Shown here piece by piece: positions 18,916 to 28,478 of a stretch of DNA of 64,000 nucleotides. The DNA comes from an uncultured virus (IMG/VR IMGVR_UViG_2061766007_000856) (lineage: Duplodnaviria > Heunggongvirae > Uroviricota > Caudoviricetes). The stretch lies in the IMG/VR virus record IMGVR_UViG_2061766007_000856; one strand, 5' to 3'. A program made the translations under genes and the position numbers. The first letter of the stretch is position 1; the number at the start of each line of letters is the position of its first letter. The notes below the pieces were generated by a model that had not been told where the DNA came from, did not search any database, and was given only the letters and a program-made list of their open reading frames with translations.

Positions 18916-21549
18916 TTAACCTATTCTGAAGAGGATTGTACCTTGGCCTTCCGCACCGCCACCTAGAATAATGTCGACGATTTCCTGGTCGGAACGGACT
19001 ACATACAGACGCTGTGCAAGTAACGCATCTGCGCCAGTAGACGGGTTAGCCTTGTATATGACAGATTCGGACACGGTCTTCTTGTCATCGGCGGTCATCA
19101 AGCCGTTGGAAGCACCAGTCTCGCCGGTTGCGATGGCGTTCGGGATTGTAACAACGTTGCTGGACGGAGCCAGAGTACTTGCCGCACCTTCGAGCTTGAT
19201 GTTTGGAACTTCAACGTTGACAGCCTTGTTTGCATCCGGAGTCAATGCGGTGTTGTTTACCTTGACCGTGTCAATGACATTCATCTCGCCGCTGCTCGGA
19301 GCAGTTTCCCACGAGTAGGAACCAGCACCGCCGCTGTATGTAGCTTTCAGAACCTTGCCGTCATCGGAACTGCCGACGGTAGGAACCTCGTTGGCGGTAT
19401 CCCAATCAATCGTGCCGAAACCTCCAGATGAACTATCCCATCCAGCCCTCAATACCTTGCCGGCATCAGCACTAGTAAGCGGATATGTCAAATCCAACTG
19501 TAACGGAAACTCTTGATATGGTTCTAGGTCTTGGTCAAGTGTGATACGAGCATAGTTTGGAGATCCACTTGTCGTAGTACTAACATAAGCTTGCTTGACA
19601 CAACGTTCATTAGCACTAACCCCAACGAACTCAATATCAACATATTTTTCGTCTAAAGAATCGAGTCCAAAGTCGATATAATAAGGCTGTAAACATTCAC
19701 CATATTGATAAGATTCTTGCGTTGGAGTATCGGTTATACGATTTATGATAAGTACTATATACTGTCCTTCCGCCATCCAGTCATGAAGGTCATCGGCTTG
19801 AACCTTTGGATATGAGTGAGTTGTCGAATCGAATTCACCTTCCAAATCTTGCAAATAGCCGTATGAGTCACCAGCCTCAGCGGAGTTCTCGTCATAGAAT
19901 ATACGGTGAACTTTCTTGCCGGAACCGAGTGATGCCCACATAGCGGTTCCAACGCCACCGCTATACGACGCAGTTAGAACCTTTCCATTGTCCGAACTGG
20001 TAATACCGGGGACGTGCTCGACCATTTGCAGTTCGTATGCACCATCGCTATTTACCCCAAGGAACTTACCAGCACCGGATTGTGTCGCTTGAGGAAGGTC
20101 AGCTGTTAGGCGATATTCATTCTGTGCCGACGTGCTTGTGCTACTGCTATACGGGAATAACGCCATACGTCCGTTTGAATATGGCGCATAGATAGTAGTA
20201 ACTCGCATCAGCAATGGGTTATCTGCAACAAACAGCTTATAGAACCATAGACGTACATGGTCATTTGCACCCGTGGTAGATTCTTGATTCTGTGCACGAG
20301 CCATTATAAACAAGTCGGAATCTTGGTTATGTCCAACCGTAGGTGAATTGCTATATGTATACAATCCATAAATGTTACCGGCGTTCAAGCCAGCAATAAT
20401 TTCACTGGCTAACGCATAGTCATAACCATAATTGTTCGGCGCAGACGGATTCGGTTTTTCCAGATCAAGTACCCAGAATCCATACGGTGCTTCTTCGCCA
20501 GCCGGCAAACCACCGTCAGATACTGCCTTGAGCATGTGGACATGCGTCTTGGTCAAGTTATCGAGCTTAACCTTGTCAGCAGCCGTGATAGCACCAGAAT
20601 TTCCAGAAACCCCAGTAGACGGAGCAGTGGCGAGCGGTATTTCAATAGCCTTGTTAGCAGCTGCATTTGTGGTAAAAGAATCAAACGCAGTCTGGTCGCC
20701 TTCAAACTTCATGGAAATCGTCGAGTCGTTCACCGTAGGAATCGTCGGCTTGTTCAGAATTTCTGCATCGTCACCAGCAGCAGCTTCCCAGTCGGGCTTG
20801 ACGTTCACTTGAGCGCCATCTTCGATATCACTTAGCTTAGTAACGGATTCATCCAATGCACGCTTGTCCTCGCCAGACATAGCACCCTTGACATATGTCC
20901 AGTTATCGCTACCGTCATTAGTAGCTGACGCCATCGGAATGACAATGTTTGATGCTGCGCTCTGGTTGGTCGTCAACGTTCCTACAGCGGTTTCAGATGC
21001 ACTGCCAATCTTGACGGAAACCGTACTGTCGTTTACCGTAGGCTGATTGACCCATGAAAGCGTCTGACCTTGGTTCGTAACGCCAAGAACCTTCCCATCA
21101 TCAGCAGAGGTTGCTGACGGAATACCACTGTCGGCAACGTCCCACTTGTAACCCATCGCATGGGTACTAGAGTCCTCATACGCCTTCAATACCTTTCCAT
21201 CATCAGTGGACACCGGAGTAGGCACGTTACCGCTAGCGGCAATTGCCTGTGCAACTGCCGTACCGCTCTGTGGATTCGTAGATGACGCGTTGTACGTTTG
21301 GTCAACTTCGGGGACAGAAAGATCGACCGTCTTGTTAGTAACGGTCTGAGTCGTCCCGTTGACCTTGATAGCCTCAATTACGTTGGCTTCGGCTCCACTG
21401 TCGATACCGCTCAACTTATTCTTTTCAGCCAAGGTAAACGGTTCGCCATCGAACGACTTCATCGCACCGATGTTGGCGAGAACCTGGTCTTTCTGCTCCT
21501 GGGTGAGAGTCTGTGGTTCATAAATAACACTAGGATTTGCTATTGCCAT
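18916..21549 (-). CDS. Tail fibre protein
   Basis: KL.GI..GA..NVIE..KVNG, D.GKVL.A..S.G.G...W repeats, QTLT..QK.Q...NIG motif. Confidence 0.8.
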   Translation of the reverse strand: MAIANPSVIYEPQTLTQEQKDQVLANIGAMKSFDGEPFTLAEKNKLSGIDSGAEANVIEAIKVNGTTQTVTNKTVDLSVPEVDQTYNASSTNPQSGTAVAQAIAASGNVPTPVSTDDGKVLKAYEDSSTHAMGYKWDVADSGIPSATSADDGKVLGVTNQGQTLSWVNQPTVNDSTVSVKIGSASETAVGTLTTNQSAASNIVIPMASATNDGSDNWTYVKGAMSGEDKRALDESVTKLSDIEDGAQVNVKPDWEAAAGDDAEILNKPTIPTVNDSTISMKFEGDQTAFDSFTTNAAANKAIEIPLATAPSTGVSGNSGAITAADKVKLDNLTKTHVHMLKAVSDGGLPAGEEAPYGFWVLDLEKPNPSAPNNYGYDYALASEIIAGLNAGNIYGLYTYSNSPTVGHNQDSDLFIMARAQNQESTTGANDHVRLWFYKLFVADNPLLMRVTTIYAPYSNGRMALFPYSSSTSTSAQNEYRLTADLPQATQSGAGKFLGVNSDGAYELQMVEHVPGITSSDNGKVLTASYSGGVGTAMWASLGSGKKVHRIFYDENSAEAGDSYGYLQDLEGEFDSTTHSYPKVQADDLHDWMAEGQYIVLIINRITDTPTQESYQYGECLQPYYIDFGLDSLDEKYVDIEFVGVSANERCVKQAYVSTTTSGSPNYARITLDQDLEPYQEFPLQLDLTYPLTSADAGKVLRAGWDSSSGGFGTIDWDTANEVPTVGSSDDGKVLKATYSGGAGSYSWETAPSSGEMNVIDTVKVNNTALTPDANKAVNVEVPNIKLEGAASTLAPSSNVVTIPNAIATGETGASNGLMTADDKKTVSESVIYKANPSTGADALLAQRLYVVRSDQEIVDIILGGGAEGQGTILFRIG

Positions 21550-21564
21550 ATCCGTTATCCTTTA

Positions 21565-24500
21565 TTAAATTGTCCATTCATTGTTGCTGGAGTCTTTGAG
21601 CTTCAAGAACGTTCCTTGAGCATTGTTTTCGCGGACGTAGTAGTACGGTACATTTGCACCGTCATCAAACGCAACAAGGTTCTTCTTTACCGTGACACCG
21701 GTGTACTGCACAAGCTTATCAGAGCCGTCAAAGGCGACACCCGCCGGGAACCAGTAACTTGTATTGGCCCTCAACGCCAGGCCGGTGCTGTACACATACT
21801 TATGCTCGTAGTAGTTCGTTCCGGAAACTTGAGTATGAGTAGATGTAACCGTACCGCCATTAACCAATTCCGTGTCGAATCCAGATGTATATACTCGTGC
21901 ACCCCAGTTGTTGGAATCACTAGCATTGGTATCGTAGAACGTCCACTCGGTGATCGTAACATCCTTTGCCGGCTTCACCGACTGCATGACAAGGTCATTG
22001 CCGTCTGGGCTGAGCGGAACCGTCGTACTCTGGAATATATTGACGATGCCGTTTGAAGCAGACAGGCTATATCCAGTAATATTGACGAACGGGTCAGTTG
22101 CAACGCTACCGCTACCGGCACCGTTACGAATCTGCATAAAGAATCTAGGTGCATTCGGATGTTCGTTATACGAGTTACTCCACGGACCGATGTAGTATGT
22201 TCCGTTACCGTCATTGTAGTCGAGGCGTCCCACGGAAGCATCAGTCATTGAAATTTCAGCGCCATTGTAAGTAATGTTTTCAACACCCACCGTGAAACGC
22301 GGGATTGCATTAATCTGAGATGCTTCTTTATATGATTCGCATCCACACAATAGCAACCCACTTACGTTAGCCTCGCTAGGCAAGTATAGAGAAGCATAGT
22401 AAACGCAGTCAGACCGCAACTCGTTAATGTTCGGGTTAATATGCTTAATCGGGAACTCGTTACGGCCAGCCACAACTTCTACCGGACCGGTATCAGCGAC
22501 ATAGTCAGTAGCACCGGTTTCAAAGTCGTACACATAAAGTGCAAGCATTATCTTATGGTTGGGGAACCCTTGCTTTGCATAGATACCAAACACCGTCGGC
22601 GTTTCACCCAACGATTCGAGACGGATTCCGTTGTTGATAGGAACCGTAAATGCTTGGCATAGCATGCAAGCACCGCTTGCCAACGTAGATACTGAACGGT
22701 CTGCGAAATCATAAACATGGGTAATCTGAGGCATCGCGAAGTTCGTGGTCAGCTTCGTATCAAGATCATTTTGCATCTTTTGGACAGCCTGAACCACTTC
22801 CTCGGTCGGGTTGTCAAGCGTGACAACCGCCTCGGCAGACCCCGTAGTGTCAAACTTCAACCCGGAGCCAAGCTTGACTTCAAGGTTTCCGGTTGTTGAA
22901 TTGATTCCTAAACCATCGCCATGCTTTACGGATACGAGGTCGTTAGCGATAGATATCGCTTCGCCCGCACCAAGAGTAGAACCGGAACCAGTATGCTCAA
23001 TTATGCCCACCGCGATTTCCATGGCGGAAACATGTGCCGTAAGGGACACGTGGGCATTTCCGGCAGGGTCGTCCTGTGTCGTGTCACTTTCGCCGACATA
23101 GGTTATGCGATAGCAGCAATATTCCTTGCCGTCGATTGTCACCGTGTTATTCGAGGTATTCTTGATCGTAAACGTCTGGTCTACGGAGCACTCCCCTACT
23201 TGGGACGGATAAGTTTCAACTGACTGCGACAGCAAAACGTTATTGCCGACATCATGGATGTTAACGCCGGCCCTGTAGAAATATCCGTTTCCACGAGGCA
23301 TATAAGCAACATTGATATTCACAGACAGCGTGAACAGGTCAACACCAGCTACCGCCGGGGTGCTGCCAGACGCCGGTATCGGCTTGAGGGCAGCGAGGTA
23401 GTTGTGACCACTGGTAGCGTCATTATAAATCACGAAACGGTCGTCACCGGATGTGCTAATTGGATTGGACACCGATGCCGGAATGATGATGTCATCGCCA
23501 TTCTTGATATGGGAAATGCTAATAGCCGTATCAATGAGATAACCCATGTGACCGCCCTTGACACCGACTTCATAGTCAGTGCCACCACCCTGAATCGGAG
23601 TTTCGGTAATCTCAATACCAGCACCCGCGGAAACCGTCACCGGGTCGGCAGAAGCCGTAATCGTGACCTTATTTGAGTTAGCGTCCTTAGCGAGTGCGAT
23701 GTTGTGACCGGCTTCGAGCGTGAGCGTGTCGTGGTCGTTAGACGGTTCACAGTCGGCTGTAGACGGCGTAGGAGTTGCACCGTCGCTGATAGTGACCTTG
23801 GAGAAGTTCTTGAGCGTCTTGAGGTGTTCAAGGGCTTCCTTGTCGGTAGCACTCATCAAGCCGTGGGTGTACACCGGAGTAGCACCGCTGCTGTCAACAG
23901 TGGCTTCCGGAATCGTTACGACCTTGCTTGCGTCCGGTGTAAGCGGATTCTGTTCACCATCAAGTTGTACACCTTCAATGATGTTAACGTCAGCACCTGA
24001 CTCAATTCCGTCGAGCTTGTCCTTGTCGGATGCCGACATGATACCGGCCTTGGCGGAAGCGACCGGAGAAGTCGTAGCAGATGCCGCCAGCGGCAATGTC
24101 ACACGCTTGTCGGCAATCGTCAAGTCGGCGGATTCACCCTCGATTTTGATATGCTCGATATCGTTGACCTGAGCACCATCTTCAATCTCGTCAAGTTTCT
24201 TCTTATCCTGACCAGTGATTACGCCGGATGTATAAGTAGAACCGCTGTACTTAGCCTTCGGAATGGTAACATTTTCCTGGCTAATCGGAAGAGCCGATTG
24301 ATCACCTTCAATGGTAATGCTCTCGATGCTATTGACTTCCGCGCCAGTAGCAATGCCGTTGAGCTTTTCCTTCTCTTCACCGGTCATCAGACCGTCAGTA
24401 TACGTAGTCGGTGTCTGCGTATTATCAAAAGATGCATGAGGAATTTCAAAGATTACGTCTTCATCGGCATCAGCCGTAAATCCAGTCCCAACAGCATTGG

Positions 24501-27429
24501 CAGATCCAAGCTTAATCTTAAGTTCCTTATCGTTGACAATGATATTCGCCTTCTTGTTCTGGTCGAGAACAATGTCGGTACCGTTCTTCTGCACGCCCTT
24601 CACAGCGGAGTCGGCAAGGTCATAGGCTTCCTTGACACTATTCGGGGTAGCGGCGGTTGTAACCGATTCACTGCTAGTCGAATCAGTCAACTTAACGAGA
24701 CCGGTCTTCGACGTGCTGGCATACGGAATCCCCTTTTTGGTTGCCGTGATCTCACCATTAGCATCTTGAGAAATCGCATCAATATACTCAACCGCCTCAC
24801 CATCCTTGTCAGGGTCACGTTTAACCGGTTGCTTTGTCTTATACTTACTTAAGTCCACAAAGCCAGACAGCAAGTCGAACTTGTAAGAATTCTCGCCAAC
24901 CTTGCAAATGCCAACGTTGTCGCCAATATCAATCGGCAAACCAGCACCTTCAATAAAGTCGGAAGTCGTTTCACCAGACGTGGTAATGTTATAGACATTG
25001 CCTTCATTATTGCCTACCAACAACGCCGGGAGAAGTTCTGCAACTGTCTTTGTTCCTGCGTGGTGATATGCACTTGCAACGGCGTTAGAAATTGCTTCAC
25101 GAACAGCTCTCGGTGTCGGTGCTGTCGTTGTGCTAGACTCGTCAGACGCGATGCTATCCTGCAACTGGACGACACCCTTCTGTGAAGTCGTTGCGCTCTG
25201 GACGGTTTTCTTGGTGAGAGTCGAAAGAACACCGTTCTCATTCTGTGCAGTCTGGTCAATGAATGTAAGACCTTCTCCGAACGCTTGCGGATCAGCAACC
25301 GCAGTCTGTTTCGTCTTGAGATTGCCAAGGTCAACAACCTTAGCACTGTCCGGCGTAAGCCTAGAGCCGTTCAACTTGACGCCCTGAATAGCGGAGTCAG
25401 CCTTATCTCCTTGAGCAGCAGTCGCGAAATCCGCAGCCTTCTTGCCAGAGTCGGTCAAGTTGCCGTTGGCATCCAGTCCGGCGAAGTTGCCACTAGTTGC
25501 AGAAATTACCTTGTCCGCCTTTCCAGAGAGGTCTTGGTGGGCTACAACCACATCTTGAGAAAGTCCAGTCTTGAGCGTTATTTTCTTCTTGGTATTGTCA
25601 CCGGCGACATCCTCGATAGCCATCTCTGACTTTTCAGCCTTTCCGGAGATATCCTGGTGGGCAACGACCACATCAGTAGCCAAGCCATCCTTCAGCTGGA
25701 TATTCTTCTTGGTTTCATCACCGGTTACAGCGGTGATAGCCATTTCGGACTTCTCGGCCTTACCGGAAATATCCTGGTGTTCCTGAAGGGCTGTATCAGC
25801 CTTTCCTAGCGAATCCTGTACGCCGGATGCCAGGTCGCTCTTCGGGATTCCAGATTCCGGCTTCTGGTAAGCCGTGTCAGCCTTCCGGCCCTGTGCTGCC
25901 GTAGCAAAATCGTCTTTCTTGACATGCGAATCAACCAGGTTTCCATTGGCATCCAAAGCGGCAAAGTTACCATTGGTTGCACCGGTCACCTTGTCAGCCT
26001 TCTTGTCAAGGGCAGTCTGCGTAGCCGTACTGATTGGCTTATTCAGGTCAGCCGTGTTGTCCACGTCACCAAGACCTATCGCATTCTTATCAACAGTAAC
26101 CGACTTGTCACTGGCATCATTCGCAGAGAACACAACAGGGGCAGCATTCCCTACCTTGATAGAGAGTTTTCCATCATTTACGGTAGCAGATTCCGGAATG
26201 ACAATTGTACCCCGTTCAATCGGCAAATTTTCGCCATCCCCAATCCTAGCACCGGTGACGGCGTGCTCCGTAACCACAGTCGTAGCCAACCCGTCTTTCA
26301 ACTTGATATTCTTCTTGGTCGGGTCACCGTCGACATCCGTAATCGCCATGGCGCTCTTATCGGCCTTCCCAGAAATATCCTGGTGTTCCTGAAGAGCAGT
26401 GTCAGCCTTTGCACCCTGTTCAGCCGTAGCGAAATCAGAAGCCTTCTTGCCGGAATCTTTCAAGTTTCCTGTTGAGTCAAGGGCAGCCAAGTGTCCGCTG
26501 ACCGCATTGAGAACCTTGTCGGCCTTCTTTTCAAGGTCAACCTTTATGCTGCTTGCCGAATCGCCATAGACCACATAGAAGTTATTTGCCGTAGCGCTGC
26601 TTTCCGGTTCAAAAATACGGAAAAATACCGGGCGTGCGGCCTTGCGTGAAGTCCATACAGGATCGTCGTTGACAAGCTCGTTTGCGCTGAACTGGACAAA
26701 ACGCAGCACGCGGGTAAATGATTCATCGGCATAGAGGTAAACCTTGTCATCTACAAGGTCATGATACACAACGCCATCCACCGGGTCGATTTCGATGGCA
26801 TGATATATGTCATAATAGAATTTCCCATTCTCGGAATCATAATAGCCCGGAATAGAGTCATCATGCGGGCGGTAGTCCGTATCCACGTCGGTAACACGTT
26901 CAGCCATGTGGTCGCCATCCGGCCAGGTATAGCCAGCTGCATTCAGTGATGCATACAGGCCGGTACCGGATTCGCGGTTGTCAAGCAAGATTACCGGAAT
27001 GCCGCTCTGTAGTGCACCCCAAATCTTTCGGAAATCCGTTGCATGCGGCTGGATCTGTTCGCTAGGGTCATACGCCAATGCGACAAAGGTACCCGGCATG
27101 AGACCGGCATCGGTCAGATTGCCGTTTTCGTCGGCAACAACCAGGTGGCCCTCCTCGGCGCTGACCTTGTCAATCTTCCCATTCAAGTCTTCCTGTACGA
27201 TGCCAACCGGCTTCCACACATTGTCTTCAAGAATATTCGGCCAGTAGCGTTCCACTCCGTCATCGGTTTCCTTGACGACATAGATAACATTCTTGTCAGC
27301 AGGTGCAAGGGAACTGACCGCAGGAAGGGCATCAACCACCACAAACCGGCGGTTCAGCCTGCCATACATGAGCTTAAGGTCATCTTCGGTCAAGTACTTG
27401 ATTATTTCGGGCGTATTGCTCTCGTACAT
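21565..27429 (-). CDS. Very large tail fibre protein (1954 aa)
   Basis: KADKV..A..G..A.LD..GNL.DS, HQDISGKA, DK.KL.GI..GA.VN repeats and ATT..KG.V.L...AA(T)P..V fibre repeat. Confidence 0.85.
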   Translation of the reverse strand: MYESNTPEIIKYLTEDDLKLMYGRLNRRFVVVDALPAVSSLAPADKNVIYVVKETDDGVERYWPNILEDNVWKPVGIVQEDLNGKIDKVSAEEGHLVVADENGNLTDAGLMPGTFVALAYDPSEQIQPHATDFRKIWGALQSGIPVILLDNRESGTGLYASLNAAGYTWPDGDHMAERVTDVDTDYRPHDDSIPGYYDSENGKFYYDIYHAIEIDPVDGVVYHDLVDDKVYLYADESFTRVLRFVQFSANELVNDDPVWTSRKAARPVFFRIFEPESSATANNFYVVYGDSASSIKVDLEKKADKVLNAVSGHLAALDSTGNLKDSGKKASDFATAEQGAKADTALQEHQDISGKADKSAMAITDVDGDPTKKNIKLKDGLATTVVTEHAVTGARIGDGENLPIERGTIVIPESATVNDGKLSIKVGNAAPVVFSANDASDKSVTVDKNAIGLGDVDNTADLNKPISTATQTALDKKADKVTGATNGNFAALDANGNLVDSHVKKDDFATAAQGRKADTAYQKPESGIPKSDLASGVQDSLGKADTALQEHQDISGKAEKSEMAITAVTGDETKKNIQLKDGLATDVVVAHQDISGKAEKSEMAIEDVAGDNTKKKITLKTGLSQDVVVAHQDLSGKADKVISATSGNFAGLDANGNLTDSGKKAADFATAAQGDKADSAIQGVKLNGSRLTPDSAKVVDLGNLKTKQTAVADPQAFGEGLTFIDQTAQNENGVLSTLTKKTVQSATTSQKGVVQLQDSIASDESSTTTAPTPRAVREAISNAVASAYHHAGTKTVAELLPALLVGNNEGNVYNITTSGETTSDFIEGAGLPIDIGDNVGICKVGENSYKFDLLSGFVDLSKYKTKQPVKRDPDKDGEAVEYIDAISQDANGEITATKKGIPYASTSKTGLVKLTDSTSSESVTTAATPNSVKEAYDLADSAVKGVQKNGTDIVLDQNKKANIIVNDKELKIKLGSANAVGTGFTADADEDVIFEIPHASFDNTQTPTTYTDGLMTGEEKEKLNGIATGAEVNSIESITIEGDQSALPISQENVTIPKAKYSGSTYTSGVITGQDKKKLDEIEDGAQVNDIEHIKIEGESADLTIADKRVTLPLAASATTSPVASAKAGIMSASDKDKLDGIESGADVNIIEGVQLDGEQNPLTPDASKVVTIPEATVDSSGATPVYTHGLMSATDKEALEHLKTLKNFSKVTISDGATPTPSTADCEPSNDHDTLTLEAGHNIALAKDANSNKVTITASADPVTVSAGAGIEITETPIQGGGTDYEVGVKGGHMGYLIDTAISISHIKNGDDIIIPASVSNPISTSGDDRFVIYNDATSGHNYLAALKPIPASGSTPAVAGVDLFTLSVNINVAYMPRGNGYFYRAGVNIHDVGNNVLLSQSVETYPSQVGECSVDQTFTIKNTSNNTVTIDGKEYCCYRITYVGESDTTQDDPAGNAHVSLTAHVSAMEIAVGIIEHTGSGSTLGAGEAISIANDLVSVKHGDGLGINSTTGNLEVKLGSGLKFDTTGSAEAVVTLDNPTEEVVQAVQKMQNDLDTKLTTNFAMPQITHVYDFADRSVSTLASGACMLCQAFTVPINNGIRLESLGETPTVFGIYAKQGFPNHKIMLALYVYDFETGATDYVADTGPVEVVAGRNEFPIKHINPNINELRSDCVYYASLYLPSEANVSGLLLCGCESYKEASQINAIPRFTVGVENITYNGAEISMTDASVGRLDYNDGNGTYYIGPWSNSYNEHPNAPRFFMQIRNGAGSGSVATDPFVNITGYSLSASNGIVNIFQSTTVPLSPDGNDLVMQSVKPAKDVTITEWTFYDTNASDSNNWGARVYTSGFDTELVNGGTVTSTHTQVSGTNYYEHKYVYSTGLALRANTSYWFPAGVAFDGSDKLVQYTGVTVKKNLVAFDDGANVPYYYVRENNAQGTFLKLKDSSNNEWTI
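25385..26535 (-). repeat. Interspersed fibre repeats (3x KADKV...FATA.QG.KAD; 3x HQDISGKA..S.MAI..V.GD.TKK)
   Basis: Visible at protein and DNA level. Confidence 0.85.
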
Positions 27430-27773
27430 TAGATACCTCCGTCATCAACGGAATCAAAAATTTCGGTCAATTCTTCCTGGGAAAACGGCTGCAACTCATA
27501 ACGCTTCTCAAACCCGTCGAAACTGACATGATAAGTAGTGTCATAGACACCTTCCTCTTTAGTGACTGTCACATCGCCGATGCCATCGACGATTACAGTC
27601 TTGTTCTCGCTGAATGCCGGGCACGGTTCCGGAATAGGCACCGGTGGAACCGGTGGCATCGGACGGTACGGCATAGGACGCGGTCCCACGTCAGGGTACA
27701 GCATCGAGCCCGTGTGCTGGACAGGACCCGGAGTGTGAGGAGGAAGCGGATGATGACAGTTGCAGCGTTTCAT
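27429..27773 (-). CDS. Cys/Pro-rich leader/adaptor protein, paralogue of the 4924 N-terminus
   Basis: MKRCNCHHPLPP vs MNHCRCKKPLPP; VIV..G.V.V......Y.V core; acidic C-terminal helix. Confidence 0.75.
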   Translation of the reverse strand: MKRCNCHHPLPPHTPGPVQHTGSMLYPDVGPRPMPYRPMPPVPPVPIPEPCPAFSENKTVIVDGIGDVTVTKEEGVYDTTYHVSFDGFEKRYELQPFSQEELTEIFDSVDDGGI

Positions 27774-27780
27774 GCCAGAT

Positions 27781-27788
27781 AGTTTATA
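27781..27788 (-). promoter_or_regulatory. Late promoter TATAAACT
   Basis: 7 nt before ATG 27773. Confidence 0.8.
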
Positions 27789-27822
27789 GCTTATGCCGCT
27801 TCTGGAACAGGCGCCCGCTTGT

Positions 27823-27830
27823 TATAAACT
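27823..27830 (+). promoter_or_regulatory. Late promoter TATAAACT
   Basis: Divergent partner; 25 nt before ATG 27856 with GAGG SD. Confidence 0.8.
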
Positions 27831-27855
27831 GTTACCGTAAAGCGAGGTCCCGCCC

Positions 27856-28446
27856 ATGTATGATTTTGTAATAACCAAGAATATTGAAGAACTTGACCCG
27901 ATTGAGGGTACACCGGAACAGAAGCAGGCTTTTATCGAAGGCGGACTTCTTCCTATTGCCGGCCCTGTCCAGACTGGCAACGAACAGATGGCAACCAAAC
28001 GCATCGGTGTACAAGAACTGCTTGGTAACATTTCCGGACAAGGCTCCGTAATGGTAGCCGAATCAACCACGGACCTTACAGGCGACGATACGTTCAACCT
28101 GCATGAGATTGAACACACCGGGACCCAAATCACAATCAACGGGAGCAACGTCCAGCTTTCCCAGGGATGGTATCGTTATGAAGCAAGGGCAGACATCACA
28201 TTCAACGGCCTCACTCCATTGAACGTATGTGAACCGCTTACCCTTCAAGCAAGCCCGTCCAGTAGACACCAGGCTACCATCAACTTCGATTTTTCATATG
28301 GACATAAGGAGCAGATAACACTTTCCGGGATTATCCATAACCAGTCATCCAATGTCCTAAATTTCGGCCTGTCATTAAGCGGGCTCACGAATTCAGGGGC
28401 CACCGGGGTAACCGCCCACCTGTTTTTAACGATTCAGTCTGCATAA
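27856..28446 (+). CDS. Hypothetical late (virion) protein, beta-rich C-terminal domain
   Basis: Own late promoter, SD and terminator. Confidence 0.7.
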   Translation: MYDFVITKNIEELDPIEGTPEQKQAFIEGGLLPIAGPVQTGNEQMATKRIGVQELLGNISGQGSVMVAESTTDLTGDDTFNLHEIEHTGTQITINGSNVQLSQGWYRYEARADITFNGLTPLNVCEPLTLQASPSSRHQATINFDFSYGHKEQITLSGIIHNQSSNVLNFGLSLSGLTNSGATGVTAHLFLTIQSA

Positions 28447-28448
28447 CA

Positions 28449-28478
28449 GAAAACCCGGCGATTGGCCGGGTTTATTTT
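28449..28478. terminator. Bidirectional intrinsic terminator
   Basis: AAACCCGGC-GATTG-GCCGGGTTT between convergent genes. Confidence 0.85.

Noticed and set aside
4909..27788. Recombinase-driven invertible fibre switch
   Set aside because: No recombinase in the window; the flanking repeats are imperfect and each includes its own promoter, so inversion would not switch expression; paralogy is the simpler explanation
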